A stretch of DNA of 64,000 nucleotides from Candidatus Eiseniibacteriota bacterium. Its GTDB lineage: Bacteria > Eisenbacteria > RBG-16-71-46 > JABDJR01. Numbering within the stretch: the first letter of the stretch is position 1; each line of letters begins with the position of its first letter. Where the stretch lies: NCBI GenBank assembly GCA_963783375.1, contig CAWANH010000029.1, positions 1,120,001 to 1,184,000 on the forward strand, given 5' to 3'. Under the pieces are notes generated by a model. The model worked only from the letters and a program-made list of their open reading frames with translations. It searched no databases and was not told where the DNA came from. The position numbers and the translations under genes are program-made. Below, in pieces: positions 8,289 through 21,250 of this stretch.

Positions 8289-10127
8289 ATGGCTCGAATC
8301 CTCGGCTTGTCCGCCTTCTATCACGACTCCGCCGCCGCCCTGATCGTGGACGGGCGGATCGTCGCGGCCGCCCAGGAGGAGCGCTTCACCCGGAAGAAGC
8401 ATGACCCCGGCTTCCCCACCCGCGCCATCGAGTACTGCCTGGCCGAGGCCGGGCTGACCCCGGGCGACCTCGACTTCGTGGGCTTCTACGACAAGCCGTT
8501 CCTGAAGTTCGATCGCCTCCTGGAGACCTACCTGGCCGGCGCCCCCCGGGGGTTCGGCTCTTTCCTGCGGGCCATGCCGCTCTGGCTGAGACAGAAGCTC
8601 CACCTGCCCCGCGAGATGAGCAAGGGGCTGGGGAAGGAGTTCACAAAGCGCTACGTGTTCACCGAGCACCACCAGGCCCACGCGGCCAGCGCGTTCTTCC
8701 CCTCACCCTTTGAAGAGGCGGCGATCATGACCCTCGACGGGGTCGGGGAATGGGCGACCGCGAGCTACGGGGTGGGGAGGGGAAACCGGGTCCATCTGTC
8801 CCACGAGCTCCGATTCCCCCACTCCCTGGGCCTCCTCTACTCCGCCTTCACCTACTACGCGGGGTTCAAGGTGAACTCCGGCGAGTACAAGCTCATGGGG
8901 CTGGCCCCCTACGGCGAACCGGTCTACGTGGACCTGATCCTCCGGCATCTGCTGGACCTGAAGGAAGACGGGTCTTTTCGCATGGACATGTCCTACTTCA
9001 ACTATTGCCACGGCCTGACCATGACTTCGGAGAAATTTCATCGGCTCTTCGGCGCCCCGCCGCGCCCCCCGGAATCCCCGGTCACCCAACGCGACATGGA
9101 CATCGCCGCCTCCATCCAGAAGGTGACCGAGGAGATCATGCTGCGCATGGCGCGTCACGTGCATGCGGTCACCGGGATGAAGAACCTCTGCCTGGCCGGG
9201 GGGGTGGCCCTCAACTGCGTGGGAAACGGAGCCATTCTCCGCGAGGGGCCGTTCGAAAATATCTGGATCCAGCCGGCGGCCGGGGACGCCGGCGGGGCTC
9301 TCGGGGTCGCGCTGTTCATCTGGCACCATCTCCTGGACCGGCCCCGGACCGCGGACCCCCTGGACAGCCAGCAGGGCTCCCTTCTGGGCCCTCGGTACGG
9401 CAACGAGGAAGTTCAACGCTTCCTGGACGGGGCGGGGGCGAAGTACCTCCGGTACCCGGACGAGGACGCCCTTTGCGACCATGTGGCCGATCAGATCGCC
9501 GGCGGAAAGGTCGTGGGATGGATGCAGGGCCGGATGGAGTTCGGCCCCCGGGCCCTCGGTTGCCGAAGCATCGTCGGAGACGCCCGAAGCGCCGAGATGC
9601 AGACGGTCATGAACGTGAAGATCAAATTCCGGGAGTCCTTCCGGCCGTTCGCTCCCGCGGTGCTCCAGGAGCGGGTCCACGAGATCTTCTCGATCCGCCG
9701 GGAGGAACCGAGCCCCTACATGCTCCTGGTGGCTCCGGTGCGGGAGGAGAAGCGAACCGCACTCGACGGGCGGCGGGACGGCCTTACCGGACTGGACCTC
9801 CTCAGGGTCCGGCGCTCCGAGGTCCCGGCCATCACCCACGTGGACTACTCGGCCCGCATCCAGACCGTCGATCCGCACCGTCACGGCCGTTACTACAAGC
9901 TGATCAAGCGGTTCGAGGAAAAGACCGGGTGCCCGGTGATCATCAACACCAGCTTCAACGTCCGCGGCGAGCCGATCGTCTGCACCCCCGAGGACGCCTA
10001 CCGCTGTTTCATGGCGACGGGCATGGACGTGCTCGTGTTGGAGGATTTCGTTCTGATGAAGGGCGAGCAGCCCGACGCCGGGACCGTGGACCGGCAGGCG
10101 TATCTGGAACAGTTCGCACTCGACTGA
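8289..10127 (+). CDS. O-carbamoyltransferase, NodU/CmcH family
   Basis: YHDSAA, EERFTRKKH, EHHQAH, DGVGE, GEYKLMGLAPYG, EFGPRALG, KFRESFRPFAP and NTSFN motifs. Confidence 0.96.
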   Translation: MARILGLSAFYHDSAAALIVDGRIVAAAQEERFTRKKHDPGFPTRAIEYCLAEAGLTPGDLDFVGFYDKPFLKFDRLLETYLAGAPRGFGSFLRAMPLWLRQKLHLPREMSKGLGKEFTKRYVFTEHHQAHAASAFFPSPFEEAAIMTLDGVGEWATASYGVGRGNRVHLSHELRFPHSLGLLYSAFTYYAGFKVNSGEYKLMGLAPYGEPVYVDLILRHLLDLKEDGSFRMDMSYFNYCHGLTMTSEKFHRLFGAPPRPPESPVTQRDMDIAASIQKVTEEIMLRMARHVHAVTGMKNLCLAGGVALNCVGNGAILREGPFENIWIQPAAGDAGGALGVALFIWHHLLDRPRTADPLDSQQGSLLGPRYGNEEVQRFLDGAGAKYLRYPDEDALCDHVADQIAGGKVVGWMQGRMEFGPRALGCRSIVGDARSAEMQTVMNVKIKFRESFRPFAPAVLQERVHEIFSIRREEPSPYMLLVAPVREEKRTALDGRRDGLTGLDLLRVRRSEVPAITHVDYSARIQTVDPHRHGRYYKLIKRFEEKTGCPVIINTSFNVRGEPIVCTPEDAYRCFMATGMDVLVLEDFVLMKGEQPDAGTVDRQAYLEQFALD

Positions 10128-10155
10128 ACCGGGGACCCGCTCCGGAGGGAATTCC

Positions 10156-10572
10156 GTGTCGCTGATCGAAGTCAACAGGAACCCGTCCCGAAAGGACCTG
10201 CTCTGGTTCGGCGCCATCCTGGCGCTGTTCGGGGCGGCGCTCGGAGCCGTCTTCTTCCGGCGTTTCCACGCCCCGGAGGCGGGGCGAGCGATCTGGCTGG
10301 CCGGAGCGGCCCTCACCGTGATCTATTTCGCGATCCCCCCGGTTCGCCGGTGGATCTATCTCGGGTGGGTGTACGCGGCCTACCCGATCGGCTGGACGGT
10401 ATCCCACCTGTTGCTGGGCATCGTCTATTACCTGGTGCTCACCCCCATCGGGCTGATCATGCGGATGGCCGGTCGCGACCCGCTCGAACGCCGGTTCGAA
10501 CCGGACCGATCGAGCTACTGGACCGAGCATTCCCCCAGCGAGGATCCATCCCGCTACTTCCGACAGTACTGA
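10156..10572 (+). CDS. SxtJ family membrane protein
   Basis: Three hydrophobic segments; YYLVLTPIGL...GRDPL...SYW...RQY signature; directly follows NodU. Confidence 0.85.
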   Translation: MSLIEVNRNPSRKDLLWFGAILALFGAALGAVFFRRFHAPEAGRAIWLAGAALTVIYFAIPPVRRWIYLGWVYAAYPIGWTVSHLLLGIVYYLVLTPIGLIMRMAGRDPLERRFEPDRSSYWTEHSPSEDPSRYFRQY

Positions 10573-10600
10573 GCGCCCACCGGGCGAAGGGTAGAAGCTC

Positions 10601-10819
10601 ATGACCAAATCCAAGCGTCCATCACACAGCCCGGCCGGCGACACCTTTTCCCGCGAGGCGGAGCGTCCCCGTCCGAACTTCCTTGCGGACTTCGCGGGAT
10701 TCCTGCGGCACAACAAGAAATGGTGGATCACCCCCATCATGGTGATGCTGCTCCTGGTGAGCGTCCTGGTCATCCTGGGGGGGACCGGAATCGCCCCCTT
10801 CATCTACACCCTGTTCTAA
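10601..10819 (+). CDS. DUF5989 (SxtK-like) small membrane protein
   Basis: KKWWITPI...APFIYTLF signature. Confidence 0.88.
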   Translation: MTKSKRPSHSPAGDTFSREAERPRPNFLADFAGFLRHNKKWWITPIMVMLLLVSVLVILGGTGIAPFIYTLF

Positions 10820-10847
10820 GCCACAGCGGGCCCGGCCGCCCGGTCAC

Positions 10848-10879
10848 AAAAAAACGGGCGGACCCGAAGGTCCGCCCGT
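10848..10879 (-). terminator. Intrinsic terminator of pckG
   Basis: Minus strand ACGGGCGGACC-TTCG-GGTCCGCCCGT followed by a T-run. Confidence 0.9.
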
Positions 10880-10896
10880 CGGCAATCGAATTCCGC

Positions 10897-12714
10897 CTAC
10901 GCCTGATCGAGGCGCTTCTCGAGGGCGGCCAGCTCCTCCCGGAGCCCCGCCGGCAGCTTGTCCCCGAACTTGGCGAAGTGCTCCTTCATGGAGGGGATCT
11001 CCTCCTTCCAGGCCTTCACGTCGACGTTCAGGAGCGCCTTCAGGGTCTCGGGCTTCAGATCCAGCCCCTTGGTGTCCAGAGCCTCGGGCTCGGGGAGGAG
11101 GCCGATCGGCGTTTCCGCCGCCTTGGCCTTCCCGTCGCAACGCTCGAACACCCACTTGAGCACCCGGCTGTTCTCGCCGTAACCGGGCCACATGAACTTC
11201 CCGTCGTCATCCTTCCGGAACCAGTTCACGTAGAAGATCTTGGGAAGCTTGGCCCCGCTCTTGGCCCCGATCTCGAGCCAGTGAGCGAAGTAGTCCCCCA
11301 TGTGGTAGCCGCAGAAGGGCAGCATGGCGAAGGGATCGCGCCGGACCTCGCCGACCTTCCCCGCCGCCGCCGCCGTCTTCTCCGACGACATGATGGAACC
11401 CAGGAACGTGCCGTGCTGCCAGCTCAGGGCCTCGGTCACCAGGGGAATGGTGGTGGCCCGGCGGCCGCCGAACAGGATCGCGCTGATCGGCACCCCCTTG
11501 GGGTCCTCCCATTCGTCGGCGATAACCGGGCATTGCTTGGCCGGAGCGGTGAACCGCGCGTTGGGGTGCGCCGCGGGCCGGCCCACTCCCGGCCGCCACT
11601 GGCGCCGGATCCAGTCGGTGCAGGCGTCGGGCTCCTTGTCCTGCATCTGCTCCCAGTAGATGTCGCCGTCCTTGGTGAGGGCGACGTTGGTGAAGATGCA
11701 GTTGGCATGGAGGGTCTTCATCGCGTTCAGGTTGCTCTTGTTCGAGGTGCCGGGGGCCACCCCGAAGAACCCGGCCTCGGGGTTGATGGCGTAGAGCCGC
11801 CCGTCGTCCCCGAACTTCATCCACGCGATATCGTCGCCGACCGTTTCCGCCTTCCATCCGGGGATGGTGGGAACCAGCATCGCGAGGTTGGTCTTTCCGC
11901 AGGCCGAGGGGAAGGCGCCGGTGACGTACTTCACCTCGCCCTCCGGGCTGGTGAGCTTCAGGATCAGCATGTGCTCGGCCATCCAGCCCTCGTCGCGGGC
12001 CTGGACCGAGGCGATCCTGAGGGCGTGGCACTTCTTTCCCAGGAGCGCGTTTCCGCCGTAGCCGGAGCCGTAGGACCAGATCTCGCGGGTGTCCGGAAAG
12101 TGGGTGATGTACTTGTTGTCGCCGTCGCAGGGCCAGGGAAGATCCGGCTTCTTGGGGTCGTTCAGCGGGTATCCCACCGAGTGCACCCCGCGCACGAAGT
12201 CGTCGCTCTCCCCGAGCACCTCGAGCACCTTCGTCCCCACCCGGGTCATGGTGTGCATGTTGGCCACCACGTAGGGGGAGTCGGTGACCATGATCCCGAT
12301 CTTGGCGATCGGCGAGCCCACCGGGCCCATGGAGTAGGGAATCACGAACATGGTCCGGCCGGCCATCGAGCCATCGTAGAACTTCTTGAGCGTCCCCTTC
12401 ATCTCTTTCGGGTCCGCCCAGTTGTTGGTGGGGCCGGCATCGTCCTTCTTCAGCGCGCAGATGTACGTCCGGTCCTCGACCCGGGCCACATCCGCGGGGT
12501 CGGAGCGGACCAGAACGCTGTTCTTCCGCTTGTCGGGGTTCAGCCACACGGCGGTTCCGGTCTCCACCATGAGCTGCAGCATTTCCTGGTATTCCTTGTT
12601 CGAACCGTCGCACCAGCGAACCGACTCCGGCTTGAGCATGGTCTTCATGTCATCGACCCAGGCCAGGAGCTTCTCATTGCTGGTGGGCGCGGTGACGGAT
12701 TCCAGTGTTCCCAT
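10897..12714 (-). CDS. pckG: Phosphoenolpyruvate carboxykinase (GTP)
   Basis: [47 protein letters not shown] and FYVNWFR motifs. Confidence 0.97.
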   Translation of the reverse strand: MGTLESVTAPTSNEKLLAWVDDMKTMLKPESVRWCDGSNKEYQEMLQLMVETGTAVWLNPDKRKNSVLVRSDPADVARVEDRTYICALKKDDAGPTNNWADPKEMKGTLKKFYDGSMAGRTMFVIPYSMGPVGSPIAKIGIMVTDSPYVVANMHTMTRVGTKVLEVLGESDDFVRGVHSVGYPLNDPKKPDLPWPCDGDNKYITHFPDTREIWSYGSGYGGNALLGKKCHALRIASVQARDEGWMAEHMLILKLTSPEGEVKYVTGAFPSACGKTNLAMLVPTIPGWKAETVGDDIAWMKFGDDGRLYAINPEAGFFGVAPGTSNKSNLNAMKTLHANCIFTNVALTKDGDIYWEQMQDKEPDACTDWIRRQWRPGVGRPAAHPNARFTAPAKQCPVIADEWEDPKGVPISAILFGGRRATTIPLVTEALSWQHGTFLGSIMSSEKTAAAAGKVGEVRRDPFAMLPFCGYHMGDYFAHWLEIGAKSGAKLPKIFYVNWFRKDDDGKFMWPGYGENSRVLKWVFERCDGKAKAAETPIGLLPEPEALDTKGLDLKPETLKALLNVDVKAWKEEIPSMKEHFAKFGDKLPAGLREELAALEKRLDQA

Positions 12715-13075
12715 GGCTTCTCCCCTCATTCCCGTGGATATGCCCCGCTTTGAACTTTCAAAAGATGTTCCGCAAACGCGGGCAATGTGCTGTAACTCGC
12801 TAAACGCTACACGGATGGTAGGGGTTTTGCAAACCGGGACACGCCCCGTCCCGATCCGGTCCCGGTGTCCGCCGGTCCGAGGCCCCGGTTCCCGCGCACG
12901 CCTCCCGCTCCCCGAAACGCCATCCCACGGCACCGCAAGCGTCAACCGCGTCGATCCGCTCCCCCCACGGAAACGGCGGCCCCGAAGGACCGCCGTTCCG
13001 TCGACCGGATGTAGAAGCCAATTCCAGATTTTCTATCGTTCGCCCGCGACCGGGAACACTCGAATTCCGGATGGA

Positions 13076-14638
13076 TCAGGCCGCCGCCTTTTCGTGGCGC
13101 TGCACCACCCGGTTCAGCGGCTTCGACATCGCCCACATCGCGATCCCCGCGGTCACCCCCAGGAGGGTGAGCATGAAGAAGAACGAGGTGCGCGGCATCC
13201 TGGTCCAGAACGTGCCGAGGAAACCGGACAGGTAGTTCCCGAAGAAGCTGGACAGGAACCAGACGCCCATCATCATGGAGACGATGCGGGCCGGAGCGAC
13301 CTTGGTGACCAGGGACAACCCGATGGGAGAGAGGAACAGCTCGCCGATGGTGAGGACGAAGGTCGTGCCCACCAGCCACATCACGTTCCGGAGCTGGTCC
13401 GGATTCATCCCCTGGGAGGCCACGATCATGATGATGAACGAGCCGCCGAGAAGGAAGCACCCGATGGCCATCTTGACCACGCTCGAGGGCTCCCGGTCGC
13501 GCTTGTTCTGCCAGGCCCAGAGTTGGTTCAGGATGGGGGCGAAGATGAAGATCATGAAGGGGTTGAATGCCTGATACCAGGTGGAGGGGATATGCATCCC
13601 CAGGAAGTTCCAGTTGGTGTTCTGGTCCGCCCAGAGCTGCATCGTGTTCCCCTGCTGCTCGTAGACCGCCCAGAACACGATGTTGAGGGCGCAGAGCACG
13701 ATCAGGGCGCCCACCCGAAGCGCATCGTCGCGGGGTAGGGAGAGCAACCATCGGGAGATCAGGAATACCAGGATCCCCAGGGCGCCCAGGAGGAGAGCGA
13801 GGCGAACCAAGCCGGGCACGAAGGACAGGAGCGTGGGGAGCGCGATCAGGAGCACCAGGATTCCGACCACGATGCCGACGATGTAGAGGCTGATGAATCC
13901 GGTCGACCTCACTGGATTTGACTTGGTCGTGGATGGCTCCGGAGCGAGGTAGCGCTGGCCGTACAGATAGAGGAACAACCCGAGGACCATGCCGACCCCC
14001 GCGGCTCCGAATCCCCAGTGCCAGCCGACCGTCTGGCCCAGGGTCCCGCAGATCAGGGGCGAACCGAAGGCCCCGAGATTGATGCCCATGTAGAAGATGG
14101 TGAAGGCGCGGTCGCGACGGGAGTCGCCCTTGGGATAGAGGCCGCCGACCTGGGTCGAGATGTTGGGCTTGAAGGCGCCGTTCCCCAGGATGAGGAAGAT
14201 GAGGGCGGGGAAGAACATGCTCTGGACGGCCATGAGGAAGTGGCCGATGGCCATGAGCACCGCTCCCAGGATCACCGCTTTCTTCTGGCCGAGGATCTTG
14301 TCGGCCAGAAGCCCCCCGAAGAACGGGGTGAGGTATACAAAGGCGGTGTAGAGGCCGTAGATCTGCGACGACAGAGGCTGGATGCCCAGGGGGCCGAACA
14401 TATGCTCCAAACCGCCCCGGAGCGCGTTGAATCCGAGCACCTCCCGCCCCACGTCGGGCTTCAGGAACAGGAAGTTCACCATGTACAGCACCAGAAGGGA
14501 GCGCATGCCGTAGTAGGAGAAGCGCTCCCACATCTCGGTGAAGAAGAGAAAGAACAGCCCGATCGGATGCCCCAGGAAAGTGCGGGTGCTCTTGGGCCCG
14601 ATGAAGTCGGGATCCGAGGCGGTAAGGGAAGGTGTCAC
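13076..14638 (-). CDS. POT/PTR family di-/tripeptide:H+ symporter
   Basis: EMWERFSYYG (ExxER), FKPNIS, FYMGINLG and GELFLSPIGLS motifs. Confidence 0.95.
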   Translation of the reverse strand: MTPSLTASDPDFIGPKSTRTFLGHPIGLFFLFFTEMWERFSYYGMRSLLVLYMVNFLFLKPDVGREVLGFNALRGGLEHMFGPLGIQPLSSQIYGLYTAFVYLTPFFGGLLADKILGQKKAVILGAVLMAIGHFLMAVQSMFFPALIFLILGNGAFKPNISTQVGGLYPKGDSRRDRAFTIFYMGINLGAFGSPLICGTLGQTVGWHWGFGAAGVGMVLGLFLYLYGQRYLAPEPSTTKSNPVRSTGFISLYIVGIVVGILVLLIALPTLLSFVPGLVRLALLLGALGILVFLISRWLLSLPRDDALRVGALIVLCALNIVFWAVYEQQGNTMQLWADQNTNWNFLGMHIPSTWYQAFNPFMIFIFAPILNQLWAWQNKRDREPSSVVKMAIGCFLLGGSFIIMIVASQGMNPDQLRNVMWLVGTTFVLTIGELFLSPIGLSLVTKVAPARIVSMMMGVWFLSSFFGNYLSGFLGTFWTRMPRTSFFFMLTLLGVTAGIAMWAMSKPLNRVVQRHEKAAA

Positions 14639-14854
14639 GGTTCAACTCCAAGCAGTTTTGAGATCTCGGCTGAATCGGAGACGCGCCGGGGCATTGTAGC
14701 GGGGGCGGCGATTCCCTTCACCTCCCAATTTGACCCCGGCCGCGGCCCCCGGGACCGCGGCCGGACATCGTTCAGGGGGCGCCGGAGGGTGTTTCCCGGG
14801 CCCTCCGGTCGCCGTGAGGCCGGAGGTCACGGCCCTCCGTCCCCATGGACCCGG

Positions 14855-16903
<2,049 letters not shown>

Positions 16904-17262
16904 ATACCTCCCGACGAACGTGGATACGGTGCCGGGTGGCCGGGCGGGCGGCCCGGGAATGGATCCCGGCCCCTACCGAAGGGGGACCGGTTCACGCACC
17001 CGGGACTGAGGGGGGACGCCGGCCGGTTCGGAACGAGGCTGCGCGCACCCTTCGCGCGGCGATCGCCCGGCCCCGACCGGGCGGGGCGCCGGCAGTATAG
17101 GACAAAACCGGAGCGGCGACCAGCGCACCGGCACCCCGGCCGCTACCCCGGGCCCCGGGCTATACTCGTCCCGGAGGGGGCCCCGTTCCCCCCGATCGAT
17201 CCGGTCCGGCGGTTCGAACCGCCGCCGCCTCGCCACCCCCGCCGGCCGCCGAGGAGATCACG

Positions 17263-18051
17263 ATGAGCGAAGTCACGGAATACGCCCCGGGAATCTTTTG
17301 TTGGATGGAGCTGGCCACCACCGAACCGGGGGCGGCCAAGGAATTCTACGGAAGTCTGCTCGGGTGGACCCCCGAGGATCTCCCGGTCGGACCGGACATG
17401 GTCTACAGCATGCTCCGGCTCCGGGGAAGGGACATCGGCGCCCTCTACGGGATGCCGGCGGCGATGACCGCCCAGGGGATTCCGCCTCACTGGCTGTCCT
17501 ACGTCTCGGTGGCCGACGTCGACAAGGCCTCGGAGAAGGCGCGCGCCCTGGGCGGCAAGGTGGTCCGGGATCCCATGGACGTGATGGACGTCGGGCGTAT
17601 GAGCGTGATCGCCGACCCCCGCGGGGCGGTCCTTGCCCTGTGGGAGGCCCGGAACCACCACGGAGCGGGGCTCGTGAACGAGCCGGGGGCGCTCTGCTGG
17701 AACGAGAACCTGACCGACGATCCCGATGCGGCCGCGGCCTTCTACTCCGGACTCTTCGGCTGGGTCGGCGAAACCCAGGAGACGGAGACCGCGCCGTACA
17801 CCACGTTCACGAACGGAGGGCGACCGGTCGCCGGCATGATGCGGATCCAGGAGGAGTGGGGACCGGTTCCCCCCAACTGGCTCCCCTACTTCGCGGTGGC
17901 GGACTGCGACGGGGACGTGAAGCGGGCGCGCGCCATGGGAGCCCGGGTGCTGGTCGGCCCGCTGGACATCCCCCGGGTGGGCCGGTTCGCCTCGTTCCAG
18001 GACCCCCAGGGGGCGACCTTCTCCATCATCAAGCTGGAGATGGCTCCCTAG
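17263..18051 (+). CDS. Tandem VOC (glyoxalase/bleomycin-resistance) domain protein
   Basis: Two repeats of CWxE...FY.xLxGW...W..Y..V.D...DPxG; GAGGAG RBS. Confidence 0.9.
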   Translation: MSEVTEYAPGIFCWMELATTEPGAAKEFYGSLLGWTPEDLPVGPDMVYSMLRLRGRDIGALYGMPAAMTAQGIPPHWLSYVSVADVDKASEKARALGGKVVRDPMDVMDVGRMSVIADPRGAVLALWEARNHHGAGLVNEPGALCWNENLTDDPDAAAAFYSGLFGWVGETQETETAPYTTFTNGGRPVAGMMRIQEEWGPVPPNWLPYFAVADCDGDVKRARAMGARVLVGPLDIPRVGRFASFQDPQGATFSIIKLEMAP

Positions 18052-18108
18052 AGCCGCGACCGATCCGCCGCGGCAGCGGGCTTCGCGGCGCCACTATTGA
18101 GCGCCGCG

Positions 18109-19524
18109 CTAGCGACCGGCCTCCCGGGCGTGGTCGGCCAGGATACCGGACACGCAGGCGGTCAACCGTTTTGCGGCCTCGATGTGCAGGAACTCGTTCG
18201 GCGCGTGGGCGTTGGAAGACGGTCCCAACAGACCGGTGATCACGAACTGCGCCTTCGGAAACCGCGCGCCCAGGAATCCCATGAAGGGGATCGAGCCCCC
18301 CTCCCCCATCACGCAGGGGGGCTTCCCGAAGTAGGCCTCCGAGGCCTCGGCGATGCTCTTCTCGAGCCAGGGGGCCAGCGTGGGGGCGGCCCAGCCGTCC
18401 CCCGGTCCCTCGACCTCGAAATCGACCCGGGCTCCATAGGGCGGATCGGCCTCCAGGGTGCGTTTCACGGTCTCAGCCGCCCGCACCGAATCCACCCCCG
18501 GGGGAATCCGAAGCGAGAGCTTGAGCGCGGTGGCGGCGCGGATCACGTTCCCCCCGTCGGCCAGGGGCGGGAGCCCCTCCGCTCCCGTCACGGCCAGGGC
18601 GGGGCGCCAGGAATTATTGAGCACCAGTTCGGCGAGGTCCCCGGTGAGGGGACGCATCCCGGGGACCATCCCCATGTCCTCGTGGATCTTCGGTCCCAGC
18701 ACCCGCGCCACCTCTTCGGCCTGGGCCCGTCGGTCGGGGGGGATCTCGACCTGGAAGTCCCCGATCAGGATCTCCCCGGTCGCCTCGTCCTCGATCCGGC
18801 TCAGCAGGGTGCGGGCGATGCGGAAGCTCGAGGGGACGATGCCGCCGGCCGTCCCGGAGTGGACCGCCTCCTTCAGAACCTCCACCCGAAGGTTCCCCAC
18901 GACGATTCCCCGCAGCGACGCGGTGAGCCAGAGACGCTCGTAGTCGCCCGCACCGGAGTCGAGGCAGACGATCAGATCCACCTGGCCGATCCGGGAGGCC
19001 AGGTGATCGACGTAGGACGGCAGGTCCGGACTACCGCTTTCCTCGGTGGCCTCGATCAGGACCACGCACCGCGCGTGGGACGCCGCCTGCTCCCGAAGCG
19101 CCTTGATCGCGGTGATCGAGGCGAACGCGGCGTAGCCGTCGTCCGCGCCCCCCCGCCCGTACAGCTTTCCGTCCTTCACCACCGGGGTCCAGGGGCCGAG
19201 ACCGTCGCGCCACCCGGTCATCGGCGGCTGCTTGTCCATGTGACCGTAGAGGAGGACCGTGCCCGTCCCGGTTCCCGGCGCCTCCATGTAGAGGAGCGGC
19301 GATCTCCCGGGAAGCCGTACGATCTCCGTGGTGAGACCCTCGATCCCCTGCTCCCGGCACCAGCCCTCGATCAGGCGCATGGCCTTTTCGATGTGCCCGT
19401 TCTTCTCCCAATCCCGATCGAACATCGGAGAGAGGGCGGGAATCGCGATGTAGGTCTCGAGGGCGGGTATGATGCTCTCTTCCCAGGTGCGGTCCACGAA
19501 TGCTTTCGTCTTGGCGGAGTCCAT
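18109..19524 (-). CDS. M20/M25/M40 family metallopeptidase (dipeptidase-like)
   Basis: YGHMDKQPP, GRGGADDG, EESGS, CLDSG and NAHAPNE motifs; AGGAGG RBS. Confidence 0.93.
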   Translation of the reverse strand: MDSAKTKAFVDRTWEESIIPALETYIAIPALSPMFDRDWEKNGHIEKAMRLIEGWCREQGIEGLTTEIVRLPGRSPLLYMEAPGTGTGTVLLYGHMDKQPPMTGWRDGLGPWTPVVKDGKLYGRGGADDGYAAFASITAIKALREQAASHARCVVLIEATEESGSPDLPSYVDHLASRIGQVDLIVCLDSGAGDYERLWLTASLRGIVVGNLRVEVLKEAVHSGTAGGIVPSSFRIARTLLSRIEDEATGEILIGDFQVEIPPDRRAQAEEVARVLGPKIHEDMGMVPGMRPLTGDLAELVLNNSWRPALAVTGAEGLPPLADGGNVIRAATALKLSLRIPPGVDSVRAAETVKRTLEADPPYGARVDFEVEGPGDGWAAPTLAPWLEKSIAEASEAYFGKPPCVMGEGGSIPFMGFLGARFPKAQFVITGLLGPSSNAHAPNEFLHIEAAKRLTACVSGILADHAREAGR

Positions 19525-19795
19525 GGTGCGGCGGTTCCTCCTTCTGCTCCTGGCGCCCCGCACGGGGCGGCCGGGGTGGGCTCCGGGACGTCCGGGGCGC
19601 CGAGCCGGCCGGATAACTCTTCCAGAAGTCGATGGCGGTGTCCACGCCCGCTTCACCGCCGGCCCCTTCCGCCACCCACGGCACGGACCTTTCCACCCTC
19701 TTCACCTCGCCGGTGTGGCAGAATTCCGACCGTTGGATTCGCGCCGCGCCGGCCGAGCCCCCCGGCCCCCGACCCCTCTGCCCGATGGAGACGTC

Positions 19796-20704
19796 GTGAC
19801 CACGGATCGAGAGCGTTGGCAAAAACTCGATTCCGGGGACCGGTTCCCCGATCGGAGCGACTACGTGCGGCCGCTGGCCCTTCTCCTGGTGCGCGCCATC
19901 CGCTCCACTCCGATCCGGAGCCTGCACTTGACCTGGGCCTTCATCGCCGCGGGTGCGGCGGCCGGGGTGCTGATCGGGGCGGGGACCCCCACGTCGCTGG
20001 CCGTTGCGGCGGTGCTGCTCCAGATCAAGAATCTCCTCGACGCGATGGACGGCTCCCTGGCCCGGGCCCAGAATCGCCCCTCGCAGACCGGACGCTTCCT
20101 GGATTCGGTGGGTGACGCGTTCGTCCACGCCGTGGTGTTCGCGGGCATCGCGTGGGCCGCCGCCCCGCGGCTCGGACATGCCGTGGTCTGGCCGCTGGCC
20201 CTCGCCGCCCTGGTCTCCGCCCTCCTCCAGGGCTCGTACTACAGCTTTCACACCGTGGCCTGGCGGACGCTACGCCGCGGGAACATCGTGAGCCGGATCG
20301 ACGAGCGGTCCCGCCCGCGGGACGGGGGGTTCTTCCTGGTCGTCCTCCACCGGCTTTACCTCGCGATCTATGGATGGCAGGACCGGTGGGTCCAGGCCCG
20401 GGTGGGCCGGGCGCTCGGGGATCCCGGGGCGGTGCGCACCCCGGCCGGCTTGGCCCGCATGGCCGACGGCCCGCTCTTCGCAAGGTCCCACCTCACCCGG
20501 GTCTCCATGCTGGGATTGGGGGTCCAGCTCCTCGTTCTCACCCTGGCCGCCGGCGCCGCCGCCGCCATCGGTTCGTCCGTTCCCCTGGCCGCCGCGCTGG
20601 CCGTCTTCCTGGTGGCGGGGAACGCGTATCTCGTTCTTGACCTCGTCTCCATCCGTCGGAGTGCGCTTCGGACCCGGGGAGCGGGCCCGGCCAAGGCGGG
20701 GTGA
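19796..20704 (+). CDS. CDP-alcohol phosphatidyltransferase family protein
   Basis: DAMDGSLAR...GRFLDSVGD signature; GGAG before the GTG start at 19796. Confidence 0.88.
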   Translation: MTTDRERWQKLDSGDRFPDRSDYVRPLALLLVRAIRSTPIRSLHLTWAFIAAGAAAGVLIGAGTPTSLAVAAVLLQIKNLLDAMDGSLARAQNRPSQTGRFLDSVGDAFVHAVVFAGIAWAAAPRLGHAVVWPLALAALVSALLQGSYYSFHTVAWRTLRRGNIVSRIDERSRPRDGGFFLVVLHRLYLAIYGWQDRWVQARVGRALGDPGAVRTPAGLARMADGPLFARSHLTRVSMLGLGVQLLVLTLAAGAAAAIGSSVPLAAALAVFLVAGNAYLVLDLVSIRRSALRTRGAGPAKAG

Positions 20705-20824
20705 TTCCCGCACCCTGGGCGGCTCGATTCCGATACAATAACAGGCGGGACGGATATGGAAATCCAGCGATTTCACCGGCCCGCCCGCACCATGGATTCG
20801 CACCAGAGCGAGGGGGAACACCTC

Positions 20825-21220
20825 ATGAGATCCGCACCGATCCTCGTATTGGCCGCCTGCCTGATTCCGGTCCTGGGTCTTTCCGCAGCGGAGGGGGCGG
20901 ACCCCCCGACCCGGACCGCCCTGACGTCCCCGGCGCCGGCCGCCGGACCCGCCGAGGCCTCGGGCATGGCCCTTCAACCCGTCCTATCCGGCCTCTTCGT
21001 CCCCATCCGCCGCTGCAACGACTGCCAGGCCGTGCGCACCGCCCGCTGGATCCGTTCGCTTTCCGGCGACCGGGCCCGGGTGTACGGCGAGGCGGGGTTC
21101 CCGGTCTATCGCTATCGCGAGGATGCCTTCGGTCAGGTGGTCGAGTACTGGACCTATCCGGAGCGCCACCGGACCTACGTCTTCGCCGGCAACCGGCTGC
21201 TACGCAGCCAGTCCTTCTGA
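20825..21220 (+). CDS. Small exported hypothetical protein (CxxC; E-Y-W-T-Y...Y-V-F tail)
   Basis: Hydrophobic N-terminus; CNDC; C-terminal EYWTY/YVF pattern reminiscent of small BamE/SmpA-like folds. Confidence 0.6.
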   Translation: MRSAPILVLAACLIPVLGLSAAEGADPPTRTALTSPAPAAGPAEASGMALQPVLSGLFVPIRRCNDCQAVRTARWIRSLSGDRARVYGEAGFPVYRYREDAFGQVVEYWTYPERHRTYVFAGNRLLRSQSF

Positions 21221-21250
21221 CCGGGTCCCCCATCCGGCGCCGGCGGCCGG

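Noticed and set aside
8289-10819. Saxitoxin biosynthesis
   Set aside because: Only sxtI/J/K-like genes are present; sxtA, sxtG and the other core genes are absent from the window.
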